A program made the position numbers and the translations under genes. From a bacterium (lineage in GTDB: Bacteria > UBA8248): DNA of 64,000 nt. Under the pieces are notes generated by a model, which was not told the origin of the DNA, did not search any database, and saw nothing but the letters and a program-made list of their open reading frames with translations. The stretch lies in the NCBI GenBank assembly GCA_965242545.1, contig OZ251456.1:316076-380075 (forward strand). The letters are read 5' to 3'. Within the stretch, counting starts at the first letter, position 1; every line of letters starts with the position of its first letter. Below, piece by piece: positions 21,158-30,983 of the stretch.

Positions 21158-23142
21158 ATGTTGTTGTTCGTTTTTGATGAGAGTTTCTCGGATGAAGAAG
21201 CGCCGGACGGGTTCCGGGGCGGGCGCGATTCGATCTCCCTGTTCGCCTTGACGGGAAACTGGAGGCTGGCGAGGCGTCTCGAGCGAGCGCTTCTGAAGCG
21301 CGGCCTGAAGCAGGTCGCCGCGCTGAATTCGGCCAGGCTCGTCGAGCGGGAAATCGAAGCCATTTGCCGCGAACTCCCAAAATGGTCCGCCGAGCGGGGG
21401 GACTCGCGCATCCGCGATGTCTCCGTTCGGCGTTTTTTCATGACGAGCGAGGACGGGATGAGCGGCTTCTGGCTGGGGCCCATTTCGGAGAAAAATCCCC
21501 TGAAAACGGATACGTTCCTCCGGCTGGCCCAGGCGCTTGCGGTTCAAGGAGAACTGCGAACCGGAAAATACGACGGGGTGGCCGTAGCCGTAAAGAACGG
21601 CAACCTCCACAAGTCCATCAGGCGCATGGCGGATGCTTTCAGCGTCCCGTTTCATGTTGTGGAAAAGCCCGGGACGCTCGCTGTCCAAAATATGAGGTCG
21701 CTCCTGCCGGGCATGTTGTCGCTCGCGCTCGCGGGCTGGCTGCAGGCCTGCTGGAAGGCCATGCTCGCCAAGGCGGTGATGGGCTTTTCCCGCCGCAGAG
21801 AGATTTCCACGCCCCCCCCGTGTTCGTCAGCTATTTTCCATATCTGAACGAGGATGCGGAAGGCGCGTTTCGCAACAAGTATTTCGAGCCGGTTCAGAAT
21901 ATCTGCCCGAAGCGAAAAGAGCGCATTTTCTGGCTTTTGATGTTCACGCATATCCAGGGCGCCACTTTTCTGGAATCCTTGAAAATCGCGAAGAAATTCA
22001 AGAAAAACGGAGAACGGCTCGCGTTCTTCGATGAGTTTTTCGGCTTCCGGGAAGCTGTCGGAGCGTTTTATTTATGGACAAGGCAGTTGGGAAGATATTT
22101 CTTTCTTGCGAGAAACTTCTCGGAAGAACGGATGTGCGGAGATCTGTTCCCCGTTGAATGCTATCCCCTCGTCAGAGATTTATGGCGCCGGTCGTTTTGC
22201 GGCGTCGAGGCCGTTCGCGGGTTGATCCAGTATAAAGCGTTCAGGAGGTTTTTCAGGGACTCGGGCGGCGCCTCTCAATGCGTGTATGCGTGCGAGATGC
22301 AGGCGTGGGAAAAGGCGCTGAATAAAGCGATAGAACGCGAAAGGCCGGAACTGGAGTCTGTCGGCTTCATTCACACGGTCATCTCCCGGCATTATGTGTT
22401 TTACGCTCACCATGAATCGGAGATAGAATCATCCCGTCTTGCCGATGGCTTGCCGCTCCCCGGGAAAATCGCCGCCAATGGCGCGGCGGCGCACGCTCTC
22501 CTCTCCGAGTGGGGCTATCCGGGCCTTTGCAAGGTGGAGGCGATACGCCAGTTGCCGCTGGCTGCGAGGATGAACGATCCGCGGCCCTTGGAGAAGGGGA
22601 GCAAGCCGACCTTGCTGGTTGCGGGAACCAGCGTCCAGGAAGAAACGAAGTCCCTGTTGCTGTTGCTTTCGGGGGCTTGTCCGCTCGCTGGCGAATGGGA
22701 CGTTTGGCTGAAGGGACATCCGGCAATGCCCATGGATTCATTGCTGAAGGGCTTGGGGATTCATCCGGCGGCGCGCCGTTGGGAGATCAAGGAAGGGGAT
22801 ATCAATACGCATCTTGAAAAGGCCGATGTCGTCCTCGTGCCCACGAGCGCCGTATCGGTGGACGCTCTTGCTTTCGGATGCGAGGTTTTCACGCTCGTTT
22901 TCAGTTCCGGATTCACCATGAACGTGTTGTCGGGATTTGAAGACTATTACCATTCCGTGAGCACGCCCGATGAATTGAGGGAAAAACTGGAGAACTACCT
23001 GAAAAACGGCTCTCGAAAGGGACTGGATGAGAAAAGGGATTTCGTGCGAAGCTACTGGAACCTTGACGCTCAGCTCCCGGGATGGCGAAGGCTGTTGAAC
23101 GTGGAGGCGAGCGATAAGGACAGCCTTGGCCCAGGTGGTTGA
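21158..23142 (+). pseudogene. KpsC/KpsS-like capsule polysaccharide biosynthesis protein (Capsule_synth-like, putative beta-Kdo-type transferase), broken by a frameshift at a C8 homopolymer
   Basis: ORF 21158..21847 (frame 2) and the C-terminal 430 aa of ORF 21364..23142 (frame 1) join at the C8 run 21812-21819; one extra C would fuse them into an ORF of about 660 aa. The C-terminal part has a GT-B-like block with a KGHP motif (LLVAGTSVQEE...WLKGHPAMP...VLVPTSAVSVDALAFGCEV), as in the KpsC/KpsS family. The first 150 aa of the frame-1 ORF are Arg-rich out-of-frame junk. Confidence 0.45.
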
Positions 23143-23417
23143 AAGTCCCCCGGGATATTTGATACTTGCGAGAACGTTCTGGATGTTGTGGCGATGAATA
23201 GAGGCATCGACCGGGGAGTGAAATGGTGAAACGGGCCTTGGAAAACGAAGACTTCGATCGGGCGGCTTGGAAAGGGGGAAACGCGCTTTCTGTTTTGGGG
23301 CTTCGCTGTCTTTGGCGGCGCTCCCGCCTCTTCGATCAGGCGCTTCAGGACGCCTATAGGGAATCTCTGGAAGCCCGCTTCAAGTGCGACACCCTTTTCG
23401 CCGTCATCACCGTTTGA

Positions 23418-24443
23418 ATGAGCATGACGCTTAAGGCGGGCATCGTCGGGTTCGGCGGCATGGGGCAGAGGCATTATCGCGCCTACGAGGGAACGCCCTG
23501 CGAAGTCGCCGCCATTTGTGAGTGGCGGCCCGAGCGCGTCGGCGAGGTTTTGCCGGATTTCCCCCCCGCCCGCGTTTATTCGGATTATCGGGAGCTGCTT
23601 GCGAATGAAGCGCTCGACGTCCTGAGCGTGGTCTCGAACGGGCCCACCCACGCGGAAATCGTCATCGCCGCCGCCGACGCCGGAATCCCCCGCATCGTCT
23701 GCGAGAAGCCGCTGGCGACGAGCCTCCGGGACGCCGACGGGGTGCTGGAGGCCGTGAGCCGGACGAGCGCCCGGGTGACGGTCAACCACATACGCCGCTG
23801 GAGCCCGGCGTATCATCGACTGAAGGACGCCGTCCGGGAAGGCGTCATAGGCGATCTTCGCCATGCGTATTTCCACATCGGCAGCGTGGGTCTCGGCAAT
23901 TACGTCATTCATATTTTCGATTTGATGCGGTTTCTTTCCGACTCCGAACCCGCCTGGGTGATGGGCGCGCTGGATCGCACGGGCACCCCCAATCCGAGAG
24001 GCCCGCAATATGAGGATCCAGCCGGATTCGGCGTCGTCGTATTCGAGAACGGCATGAGGAGCTACGTGGAGTCGTGCGAGGATACGGGCGTTCAGTATCT
24101 GATCGTTCTCGCGGGCGCATACGGCAGAATCGTCATCGACGAACTCAACGCCTCCTGGCGCGTGTACGCTCGCGCCGGGGAAGCCAGATCCGTTCCTTTG
24201 ACCCGATACGGGACGCCCATGGAGGAGAGGTCGTTCGACGGCGGAGATTTCGACATCGTTGAACTCACGCGGAACGGCATTCTCGAGCTTCTGGGGTCTG
24301 AGGAGTTGAGTTGCTCCCTGGAAGATGGAATGAAGTCGCTGGAAATGGTGATCGCCTTCCATGAATCCGAAGCGCTGGGCAACGGGCGTCTTGATTTTCC
24401 GTTGAGCGCGAAGGCTCGGGAGCGCGTTGTTCATATCGCCTGA
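23418..24443 (+). CDS. Gfo/Idh/MocA family oxidoreductase
   Basis: N-terminal Rossmann GIVGFGGMG, the EKP motif (CEKPLA) and a C-terminal alpha/beta domain. Confidence 0.8.
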   Translation: MSMTLKAGIVGFGGMGQRHYRAYEGTPCEVAAICEWRPERVGEVLPDFPPARVYSDYRELLANEALDVLSVVSNGPTHAEIVIAAADAGIPRIVCEKPLATSLRDADGVLEAVSRTSARVTVNHIRRWSPAYHRLKDAVREGVIGDLRHAYFHIGSVGLGNYVIHIFDLMRFLSDSEPAWVMGALDRTGTPNPRGPQYEDPAGFGVVVFENGMRSYVESCEDTGVQYLIVLAGAYGRIVIDELNASWRVYARAGEARSVPLTRYGTPMEERSFDGGDFDIVELTRNGILELLGSEELSCSLEDGMKSLEMVIAFHESEALGNGRLDFPLSAKARERVVHIA

Positions 24444-24524
24444 GCGCTTCACGGGCGGGATGAACGTCTCCTCGAAAAGAGGCTTTTCCCGATATACCGA
24501 TATGCCTGATTTTGAGCGGAAGGC

Positions 24525-25514
24525 GTGAGGATGAGCGAAGCTCTTGTCAGTCTTGGTTCTTTCGGCTCATTCAGCCGCAAGCCCCTGATGATTCTTGAAG
24601 AAGCGGGCATCGGATACTCCTTTCAGCCGCACCCGCGCCGCCCGAGCGAGAGCGAGATGTGCGGCCTTGTGGGCGAGACCCGTTATATCATCGCGGGCGT
24701 GGAGCCGCTTACGGCGAAGGTGATGGAAAGCGCCCCGAACCTGAGGCTCATCTCGCGCGTCGGCGTCGGGCTGGACAGCGTGGATCTGCTGGCGGCCAGG
24801 GAGCGGGGCATCCAGGTTGCGTATACGCCCGAGGCGCCCTCCGCGGCCGTGGCCGATTTGACCATCGCTCTGATGGCGTCCATGCTTCGGGGCATCCGCA
24901 AGGCGGACGCGGCTCTGCGCGAGGGAAGATGGGAGAGGCGGGTCGGCCGAGGGATTGGCGATGTGACGGCTGGAATTATCGGGGTGAATCGCATCGGCAA
25001 GCGCGTCGCCCGGCTCCTCAGGGCGTTCGGCGCGGACATTTTGGGCCACGACGTCAAGCCGGACGTGGATTTCGGCGCCGAAACCGGAATCGCCTGGGTG
25101 GAGAAAAAAGAAATTTTCCGGCGGGCGGACGTGATTACCCTCCACCTGCCCATGAGTCCGCGGACGGAGAATTACGTCGGGCGGGCGGAATTGTCGTTGA
25201 TGAAGCCGGACGCCGTCTTGGTGAATACCGCGCGCGGGGGACTGATTGACGAAAAAGCCCTGGCCGAGGCGCTGGAGGCGGGAAGAATCGGCGGAGCGGC
25301 GCTGGACGTGTTCGCCGATGAGCCCTACGCCGGCCCTCTGGCGAATCTCGACAATGTTCTGCTGACGAGTCATATCGGTTCTTTTACGAAAGAATCCCGG
25401 GTGCGGATGGAGTCGGAGGCGGCGGAAAGCGTGGTTTTTTTCCATCGGGGGCTCCCCGTCTCCCGATTGGTGCCGGAGGCGGAGTATGAATTGCAGGGGA
25501 TCGCGCCTGAATAG
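24525..25514 (+). CDS. D-isomer-specific 2-hydroxyacid dehydrogenase (PGDH/GyaR-like)
   Basis: NAD-binding GIIGVNRIGKRVA, catalytic-domain layout, and HIGSFT near the C-terminus. Confidence 0.8.
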   Translation: MRMSEALVSLGSFGSFSRKPLMILEEAGIGYSFQPHPRRPSESEMCGLVGETRYIIAGVEPLTAKVMESAPNLRLISRVGVGLDSVDLLAARERGIQVAYTPEAPSAAVADLTIALMASMLRGIRKADAALREGRWERRVGRGIGDVTAGIIGVNRIGKRVARLLRAFGADILGHDVKPDVDFGAETGIAWVEKKEIFRRADVITLHLPMSPRTENYVGRAELSLMKPDAVLVNTARGGLIDEKALAEALEAGRIGGAALDVFADEPYAGPLANLDNVLLTSHIGSFTKESRVRMESEAAESVVFFHRGLPVSRLVPEAEYELQGIAPE

Positions 25515-25573
25515 GGCTCGCCGGGCGCTGGCGACGCGCTTTGGAAGCGGGTTATGCTTTGACGCGCGGGTGA

Positions 25574-27631
25574 ATGTGGATTGCTGAAAGGTTGAAAAAC
25601 CGGAGACACTCGGGAATGGAAGCCGAGGATCGAATATCTTTTCAGGAAATCGTGGAGGCGCTGAAGCGGCGCCGGCGTTTGCTTGTCGCGCTTCCCGCGA
25701 TATTCACGGCGGCCATCGTCGCGCTCTCCCTTTTGCAGGCGAGAGAATACAAAGCGACAGCCACGCTGCGCGTCGGCTTGCTGCGATTACAGGATGTCAC
25801 GTTGGAGCGCAGCCTATCGGGTCGGCGGATACAGACGGCCGTCAAACTGATCCCGAGTCTGGTGACCGCCAGGGAAGTGGTGCGAAAGTTCAAGTTGGAC
25901 GTCGATCCTTACAATGCGCGGACCGATGAGTTTTGGGACAATATCGGCTTGGTGAAAATCGTCAAGGGGACGGAGCTGATCGAAATATCGGCGTTCACGA
26001 TGAATCCCCGGCTGTCGAAGGACATAGCGAATTATATTGCCAATCAGACGATCAGCAGGCAGATGAAGCATGCGCAGTCTGACGCCTTGCGAGTACAAGA
26101 GGGGGTCAGAAAAAGGCTTGACGGCGCGAAGCGGCGCCTGGATAGCGCGGAGGACGCGCTGTTGAAATTCCACCAGGAATCGAGGCTGGACGAGTTGCGG
26201 CAGGATATCCGGACTTTGCTGGCCCAGCGGGAGTACTTGGCTTCCATGCGCTTCGCGAGCCTCCTCAACGCGCAAGATACCGATCGGGACGCTCTCTCCA
26301 AAGAAAAGGAAGAAGTGCTGAAATTGCTCCGGGGCGACGCGGAATTCCCGGAATTGAAGATGGCGATGGATAAGAACGACAGCTTGCTGGAGCGCCATCG
26401 CGCGCTTTCAAGGAAGATGCTGGAAATGAAGAGTCGGTTCTCCGCCATGCTCTCGGCGACGAATGGTGATTCAAGAGGCGATGCCCCGTTGAGCGCGCAA
26501 AGAAAATCAATAGAAAACGCGGGGGCGGGAGATGTCGTTCGGGCCGCGTCCGGGCTTGAAAAAATTCGGAGCGAGAAAAGATCGCTGGAAGCTGAAAGAA
26601 AAAATCTTTCGACCTCTCTGCCCGTCCTGACAGTCGAGATTCAGGTTTCCATGAGCAGATTGAAATCGCTCGAGACGGCGATGAGCGATTTCAGGAATGC
26701 GAGCCGGGCCGGATCATTTTCCGCGGATGGGCGCACCCGGTCGGACGCGCCGCGGAAAAACGGAGGCGCGAGTGATGAAAGGGCGTCTGGCGCGCCGTTC
26801 GACGCCGTATCCGTGAAAATCGTGGATGAGGAATCTCGTCTGGCGGGGCTGAAAGAAAAAAAGAAGCGGCATCAGGAGAGAATCGCCAGGATTGACGCGG
26901 AGCTGCCGGAGGTGTCCGGGAAATTGCGGGAGCTGGAGGCGAGGAGCCTGCTTCTGAAAATTTCCCGAACGTCGGACGAGATAAAGAAAATCGAATCTGA
27001 AATTCTCGCGAACCGCAGGGAAATCGCGGAGCGGCGGGGGCGGAGAAACAGTTTGCTTGCGAGGCTGGGCGCATTGGAGGAAGTGTCGTCGGGCGTTGGA
27101 AAAATCGATATTTCTTTTTTCAACGCCTCGCGCTCCGCCCGCCCGCTTGATTCCGAGGGGCCGGAGGATGGCGGTTCCCCGGAAAGGGAGCATTTCTCGC
27201 CGAATATATTGTTGAACAGGCTGCGGGTTTTGGACAGGGATATCCTGACGGCGGAGCGTTTGAGGCATCGGGAGAAATTGTTTGACGCCCGGTTGAAGGA
27301 TGTGGATAGAGAACTGGGCAAAAAGATCACGGAGAAAGCGGCTTCGGTTTCCCTTCGCGAACAAGTGGAGCTCGATCATTCGCTGGCGAAACGAACTTAC
27401 AGCGACATCTCCAAGGACTATAACCAGGCGGCGGCGGCCGTGTTGTCCAGCAGCACCGATTTGAGGATTGTCAGCCCTGCGAGATTGCCCGAGATGCCGG
27501 TTTCCGGACGGCATTTGGCGATCATGGCGTCATTGAGTTTTGTCTTCGGCTTGTTGTTCGCCATGTTCACGGCGCTGTTTCTCGAGTTCCGCCAAGCGAT
27601 TCTCGCGCGAAAAGAACCGGATGGCGCGTAG
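25574..27631 (+). CDS. Polysaccharide chain-length determinant / co-polymerase (Wzz/GumC-like, no kinase domain)
   Basis: N-terminal TM, long coiled-coil periplasmic region and a C-terminal TM (LAIMASLSFVFGLLFAMFTALFL). The start could be 25616 (MEAEDRISF). Confidence 0.7.
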   Translation: MWIAERLKNRRHSGMEAEDRISFQEIVEALKRRRRLLVALPAIFTAAIVALSLLQAREYKATATLRVGLLRLQDVTLERSLSGRRIQTAVKLIPSLVTAREVVRKFKLDVDPYNARTDEFWDNIGLVKIVKGTELIEISAFTMNPRLSKDIANYIANQTISRQMKHAQSDALRVQEGVRKRLDGAKRRLDSAEDALLKFHQESRLDELRQDIRTLLAQREYLASMRFASLLNAQDTDRDALSKEKEEVLKLLRGDAEFPELKMAMDKNDSLLERHRALSRKMLEMKSRFSAMLSATNGDSRGDAPLSAQRKSIENAGAGDVVRAASGLEKIRSEKRSLEAERKNLSTSLPVLTVEIQVSMSRLKSLETAMSDFRNASRAGSFSADGRTRSDAPRKNGGASDERASGAPFDAVSVKIVDEESRLAGLKEKKKRHQERIARIDAELPEVSGKLRELEARSLLLKISRTSDEIKKIESEILANRREIAERRGRRNSLLARLGALEEVSSGVGKIDISFFNASRSARPLDSEGPEDGGSPEREHFSPNILLNRLRVLDRDILTAERLRHREKLFDARLKDVDRELGKKITEKAASVSLREQVELDHSLAKRTYSDISKDYNQAAAAVLSSSTDLRIVSPARLPEMPVSGRHLAIMASLSFVFGLLFAMFTALFLEFRQAILARKEPDGA

Positions 27632-27760
27632 TTCCGCGGATTCGGCTCGCTCCTCGTCAAGGCTGAACGGAGGAAGGCTTCAAGCGTTCAGCCCTTCGCC
27701 CGCGTCGCGCTCCAGGGGCGCTTTCACAAGCCGCCGCGTCCTCGGGTAGCAACCCTTTCC

Positions 27761-29248
27761 ATGCCTGAAGAACGAACGTCAAACAACGAACGGACCGCAG
27801 GGGAGAAAGCGTTTTCTCCTTTCCGGCTTACCAATGCGGTCATTTATCTGCACGTGGTTCATTTCCTCATTCCATGGCGAAGCGTCCCTTACTTTCCGAG
27901 TCAGCTGACTCCTTACAGGGTCTTGATGGTCCTTGCCGCCATGCTGTGCGCGGCCTGGGTGATCGAACTCCTGCTGTTCGGGGCGAGGAAGCCGAAGCTG
28001 GCGTTCGGCGTCGCCGTGTTCTGGTTCTGGGTGATATTCTGGGGAGGGGTTCTGAAGGGCTACATGGACGACGACCCCATCAAGACGTATGTACCCCTAT
28101 ACAAGCTCCTGGGCTGGACCGTTCCATACGTGGACGGGATGCTCGTATGGTATTTGATTCGGAACAACGGGTGGGGCATGGCGGAGTTCGAGCGCGCGCT
28201 GAAGTGCGTCTTCTGGGTCTCCCTGGCCATAAGCATCGAGAACGTCCTGGTCTATTATCTGGGCGTTCCCGTTTCTTATTCGATGTTTCACGGGTCCGGG
28301 GTTCGTGTTTTCATGAGCATGTTCGTCCAGACCCACGAAACGGTCTCCAGACTCGGGTTGATATTGACGGGCGTCGGCTTTTATTTCTTTTTGAGAGAGA
28401 AGAGGCATTTTTATTTTTTCGCGTCGCTGTCCGGCGTCCTCATGGTTTTTTCCACCGGGAGCCGAGCGGCGATTCTGGCCCTGTTCGCGGGCGTATTGCT
28501 CGCCATCGTCTTTTTTCTGAAATTCAGAAAACGCGCGGGCGCGAGCGGGAAGCTCGGCTCTCTTTACGCCTTTTGTCTCGCGCCTTTGGCGTTCGCCCTG
28601 TTCGTTTCCGTCGGACTGACGATGGGAGCGGCGTCGAGAGAGCACTTCATCGATCTGACGCAAAGCGTCGTGCTCCGAGCCTATCAATACGCGCGCGCGG
28701 TGGATGTATTTCTGGAGCGGCCTCTTTTGGGGGGCGGGCCTTGGCTGGGCTTCATGTATCTGTATTCGAGGGATACGCCGCCCGTGTTCTCGGAGTATGT
28801 TTTCGGCGATCTCACGCATGACAACGTTGGCGAGCTCACCGGATGGACCGGCTGGGCGCATTACGACTGGCTTCAGGAAAACCCGATGGCGGAGAAATCG
28901 CGGTTGAACTCCCGGGAATTCCAGGAAAGCCACAACATACACCATCTGCATAGTCTGCCGCTCCAGGTTCTCGTTGACCTGGGGCTGTTGGGGCTGGTTT
29001 TGCTGATGATCATGCTCGCCGCCGGCGCGATATATTTTTTCAGGATCATGCTCCTGCGGCGACATGAGAACTCGTTTTCGCGCGCGATGCCCTTCGCCGT
29101 CATTTTCTCCACCGTGGTCGCCGTTTTCATAGGCGTTCTCAGCGTCGCCCTGTTTTATCCGTTCTGGCTTTTCGCCATCCTGCTGTGTTTCACGCGCTGC
29201 CTGTATCGGGAGGCATTGACGGCGTCCGGAGCTTCGGCTTCCGCATGA
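27761..29248 (+). CDS. O-antigen ligase/Wzy-like membrane protein
   Basis: More than 10 TM helices. O-antigen-ligase-domain motif STGSRAAILALFAGVLL and a large periplasmic loop with HNIHHLHSLPLQVLVDLGLLG. Confidence 0.65.
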   Translation: MPEERTSNNERTAGEKAFSPFRLTNAVIYLHVVHFLIPWRSVPYFPSQLTPYRVLMVLAAMLCAAWVIELLLFGARKPKLAFGVAVFWFWVIFWGGVLKGYMDDDPIKTYVPLYKLLGWTVPYVDGMLVWYLIRNNGWGMAEFERALKCVFWVSLAISIENVLVYYLGVPVSYSMFHGSGVRVFMSMFVQTHETVSRLGLILTGVGFYFFLREKRHFYFFASLSGVLMVFSTGSRAAILALFAGVLLAIVFFLKFRKRAGASGKLGSLYAFCLAPLAFALFVSVGLTMGAASREHFIDLTQSVVLRAYQYARAVDVFLERPLLGGGPWLGFMYLYSRDTPPVFSEYVFGDLTHDNVGELTGWTGWAHYDWLQENPMAEKSRLNSREFQESHNIHHLHSLPLQVLVDLGLLGLVLLMIMLAAGAIYFFRIMLLRRHENSFSRAMPFAVIFSTVVAVFIGVLSVALFYPFWLFAILLCFTRCLYREALTASGASASA

Positions 29249-29379
29249 AGACCCGGCGCCCATGCCGTCCGGTTCTGACGAGAGGCGCCGGCCGTCGCCC
29301 TGAACAGGGAGCGACGGCGCCTTGACCGGAGCGCGCGCCCTTGGATCTTTCCGTCCGCGCGCCGAGGGAGAGATCGCAA

Positions 29380-30960
29380 CTATTCTCGGCGAGCGGTTTT
29401 TCGCGCCGTCAGGCAAAAAGCCGTCAGCGCCCAGTAGAGACAGGCGGTTTTGGGAAACGAAAAAATGGTCTCGGTTCCGGCCTGAAGGAGAACGCCGGCG
29501 CAGCCGGCCCACGCCCACGCTTCCGGGGCGCCCGGCGAGAGCCTCCCCTCTCTTCTCAGATGAAGAAGCGCCTCCCATAATCCCCCCATCATCAGGCAGA
29601 GGAAGAGGACGCCCCCCAAAAGTCCCGTTTCGACAAAGGCTTGCAGGTAAGAGGAGTGGGCCGAGAGCGGCGGAAGGCTTCCGTATATCGTCCACGGAGG
29701 ATGGTCTATTCCCCAAGGCTGGAGAAGGGCGCTCTTCGCCCAGGAATCGGGGGAGAGTATGCCGTAGAACTTGGGATCATCCATCCTCCACAGCGGCACT
29801 TTATCCAGTCCGTTGTTTTCCAGCTGATCTTTCTCCGCGTCTCGAGACGCCTCGGGAAAGAGGCCGCTCCCGTAGCCCGCCAAGGGGCGATCGGAGATCA
29901 TTTTCCCGGCGATTCGATAGATATAGACCCTCGGCAGCACCGATGTCTCCACGAATCCGCTGTGGGTGGCGACGGCGGCGCCGGTCGCCAGGATGAAGGA
30001 AGCGCACGCGAAGAGAAGGAGAAGGCGGGCTTTCGCCGGAGAAACATGAGCGGAAATCGTTTTCGTCAATCGCCCCCTGTTGAGGCAGAGGAGCGTCAGA
30101 AGGAAGAGGGCGAGGCTCAGCAGTCCTCCCAGACTCCCGCTCTTCCACAGGACGCCCAGGTGCGCGGCGCCGACGATGAACGCCGCCGGGCGGGAGAAGC
30201 GGAAAATCAAAGGGACCGCGGCGGCCGACAAAAGCAGGCAGGCGGCGAGAAAGTTCGGATTTCCGATGGGCCCGGGCCGGAAATAAAAGAAAAAGCGGGA
30301 TGACAGGGGAAACGGCGAATACAGCAAATCCGCGCGGAAGCTCGAATGCCACCCCCATAGCTTCCATGGAATGTGAAATGCCAGATTCTGGAGGATGACG
30401 GCCGCCATCATGATGAGGCCGCCGCAGAGGACAGCTTTCAGAATCCGCTTGCGGGAGGTTTCCTCCCCGCAAACCTCCAGAAAAACGAGGAAGGTGACGA
30501 AGTAGGCGACGTTTTCGGCGAGGCCCCAGAATTGCTTCGAGAGTGGCGCGCCGCTCAGCCACGCCGCCGCGAGGCTCCAGGCGAGGTAGGCGAGCCAGAG
30601 GTGGAAGGTGATCGGTCTGCTTTTCAGGAGCGGGGCCCTTCCGCCTTTGAGGACGCGCCACCCGAACCCGGCGGCCAGCGCGGCGAGCGCTAGTTTGTCG
30701 TATGAAACGCTCCTCCCGGTCTCGCCGAAGGCGACCTCGACGTTGACGAGCGGGTTCAGAAACAGGAAAAGCGCGCCGCCGGCGGCGAGGCTGTAGAAGC
30801 CCGTCGCGGCGACGGCCGCCGCGCCGATCGCCATGACGCCAATCGCCGCGAATTCAGGGTTCATCGTGAAGGGGCGCCTCGGGGAGCGAGCGGCTGAACG
30901 GAATCCAACGCTTTTGGGTGGACATGAAACAGCATATCGCATAATTTTCAGACTCGGCAA
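29380..30960 (-). CDS. O-antigen ligase/Wzy-like membrane protein (second copy, divergent)
   Basis: Multi-TM protein with HSSYLQAFVETGLLGGVLFL, the Wzy_C/O-antigen-ligase signature. Alternative start at 30864 (MNPEFAAIG). Confidence 0.65.
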   Translation of the reverse strand: MPSLKIMRYAVSCPPKSVGFRSAARSPRRPFTMNPEFAAIGVMAIGAAAVAATGFYSLAAGGALFLFLNPLVNVEVAFGETGRSVSYDKLALAALAAGFGWRVLKGGRAPLLKSRPITFHLWLAYLAWSLAAAWLSGAPLSKQFWGLAENVAYFVTFLVFLEVCGEETSRKRILKAVLCGGLIMMAAVILQNLAFHIPWKLWGWHSSFRADLLYSPFPLSSRFFFYFRPGPIGNPNFLAACLLLSAAAVPLIFRFSRPAAFIVGAAHLGVLWKSGSLGGLLSLALFLLTLLCLNRGRLTKTISAHVSPAKARLLLLFACASFILATGAAVATHSGFVETSVLPRVYIYRIAGKMISDRPLAGYGSGLFPEASRDAEKDQLENNGLDKVPLWRMDDPKFYGILSPDSWAKSALLQPWGIDHPPWTIYGSLPPLSAHSSYLQAFVETGLLGGVLFLCLMMGGLWEALLHLRREGRLSPGAPEAWAWAGCAGVLLQAGTETIFSFPKTACLYWALTAFCLTARKTARRE

Positions 30961-30983
30961 GTTTCATCCACGGAGACCGCCGC

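Noticed and set aside
21364-21812. First ~150 aa of the 592-aa ORF (MPRTPKMVRRAGG...)
   Set aside because: Arg-rich nonsense frame overlapping the true frame-2 ORF 21158..21847. The genuine coding sequence only enters this frame at the C8 tract.
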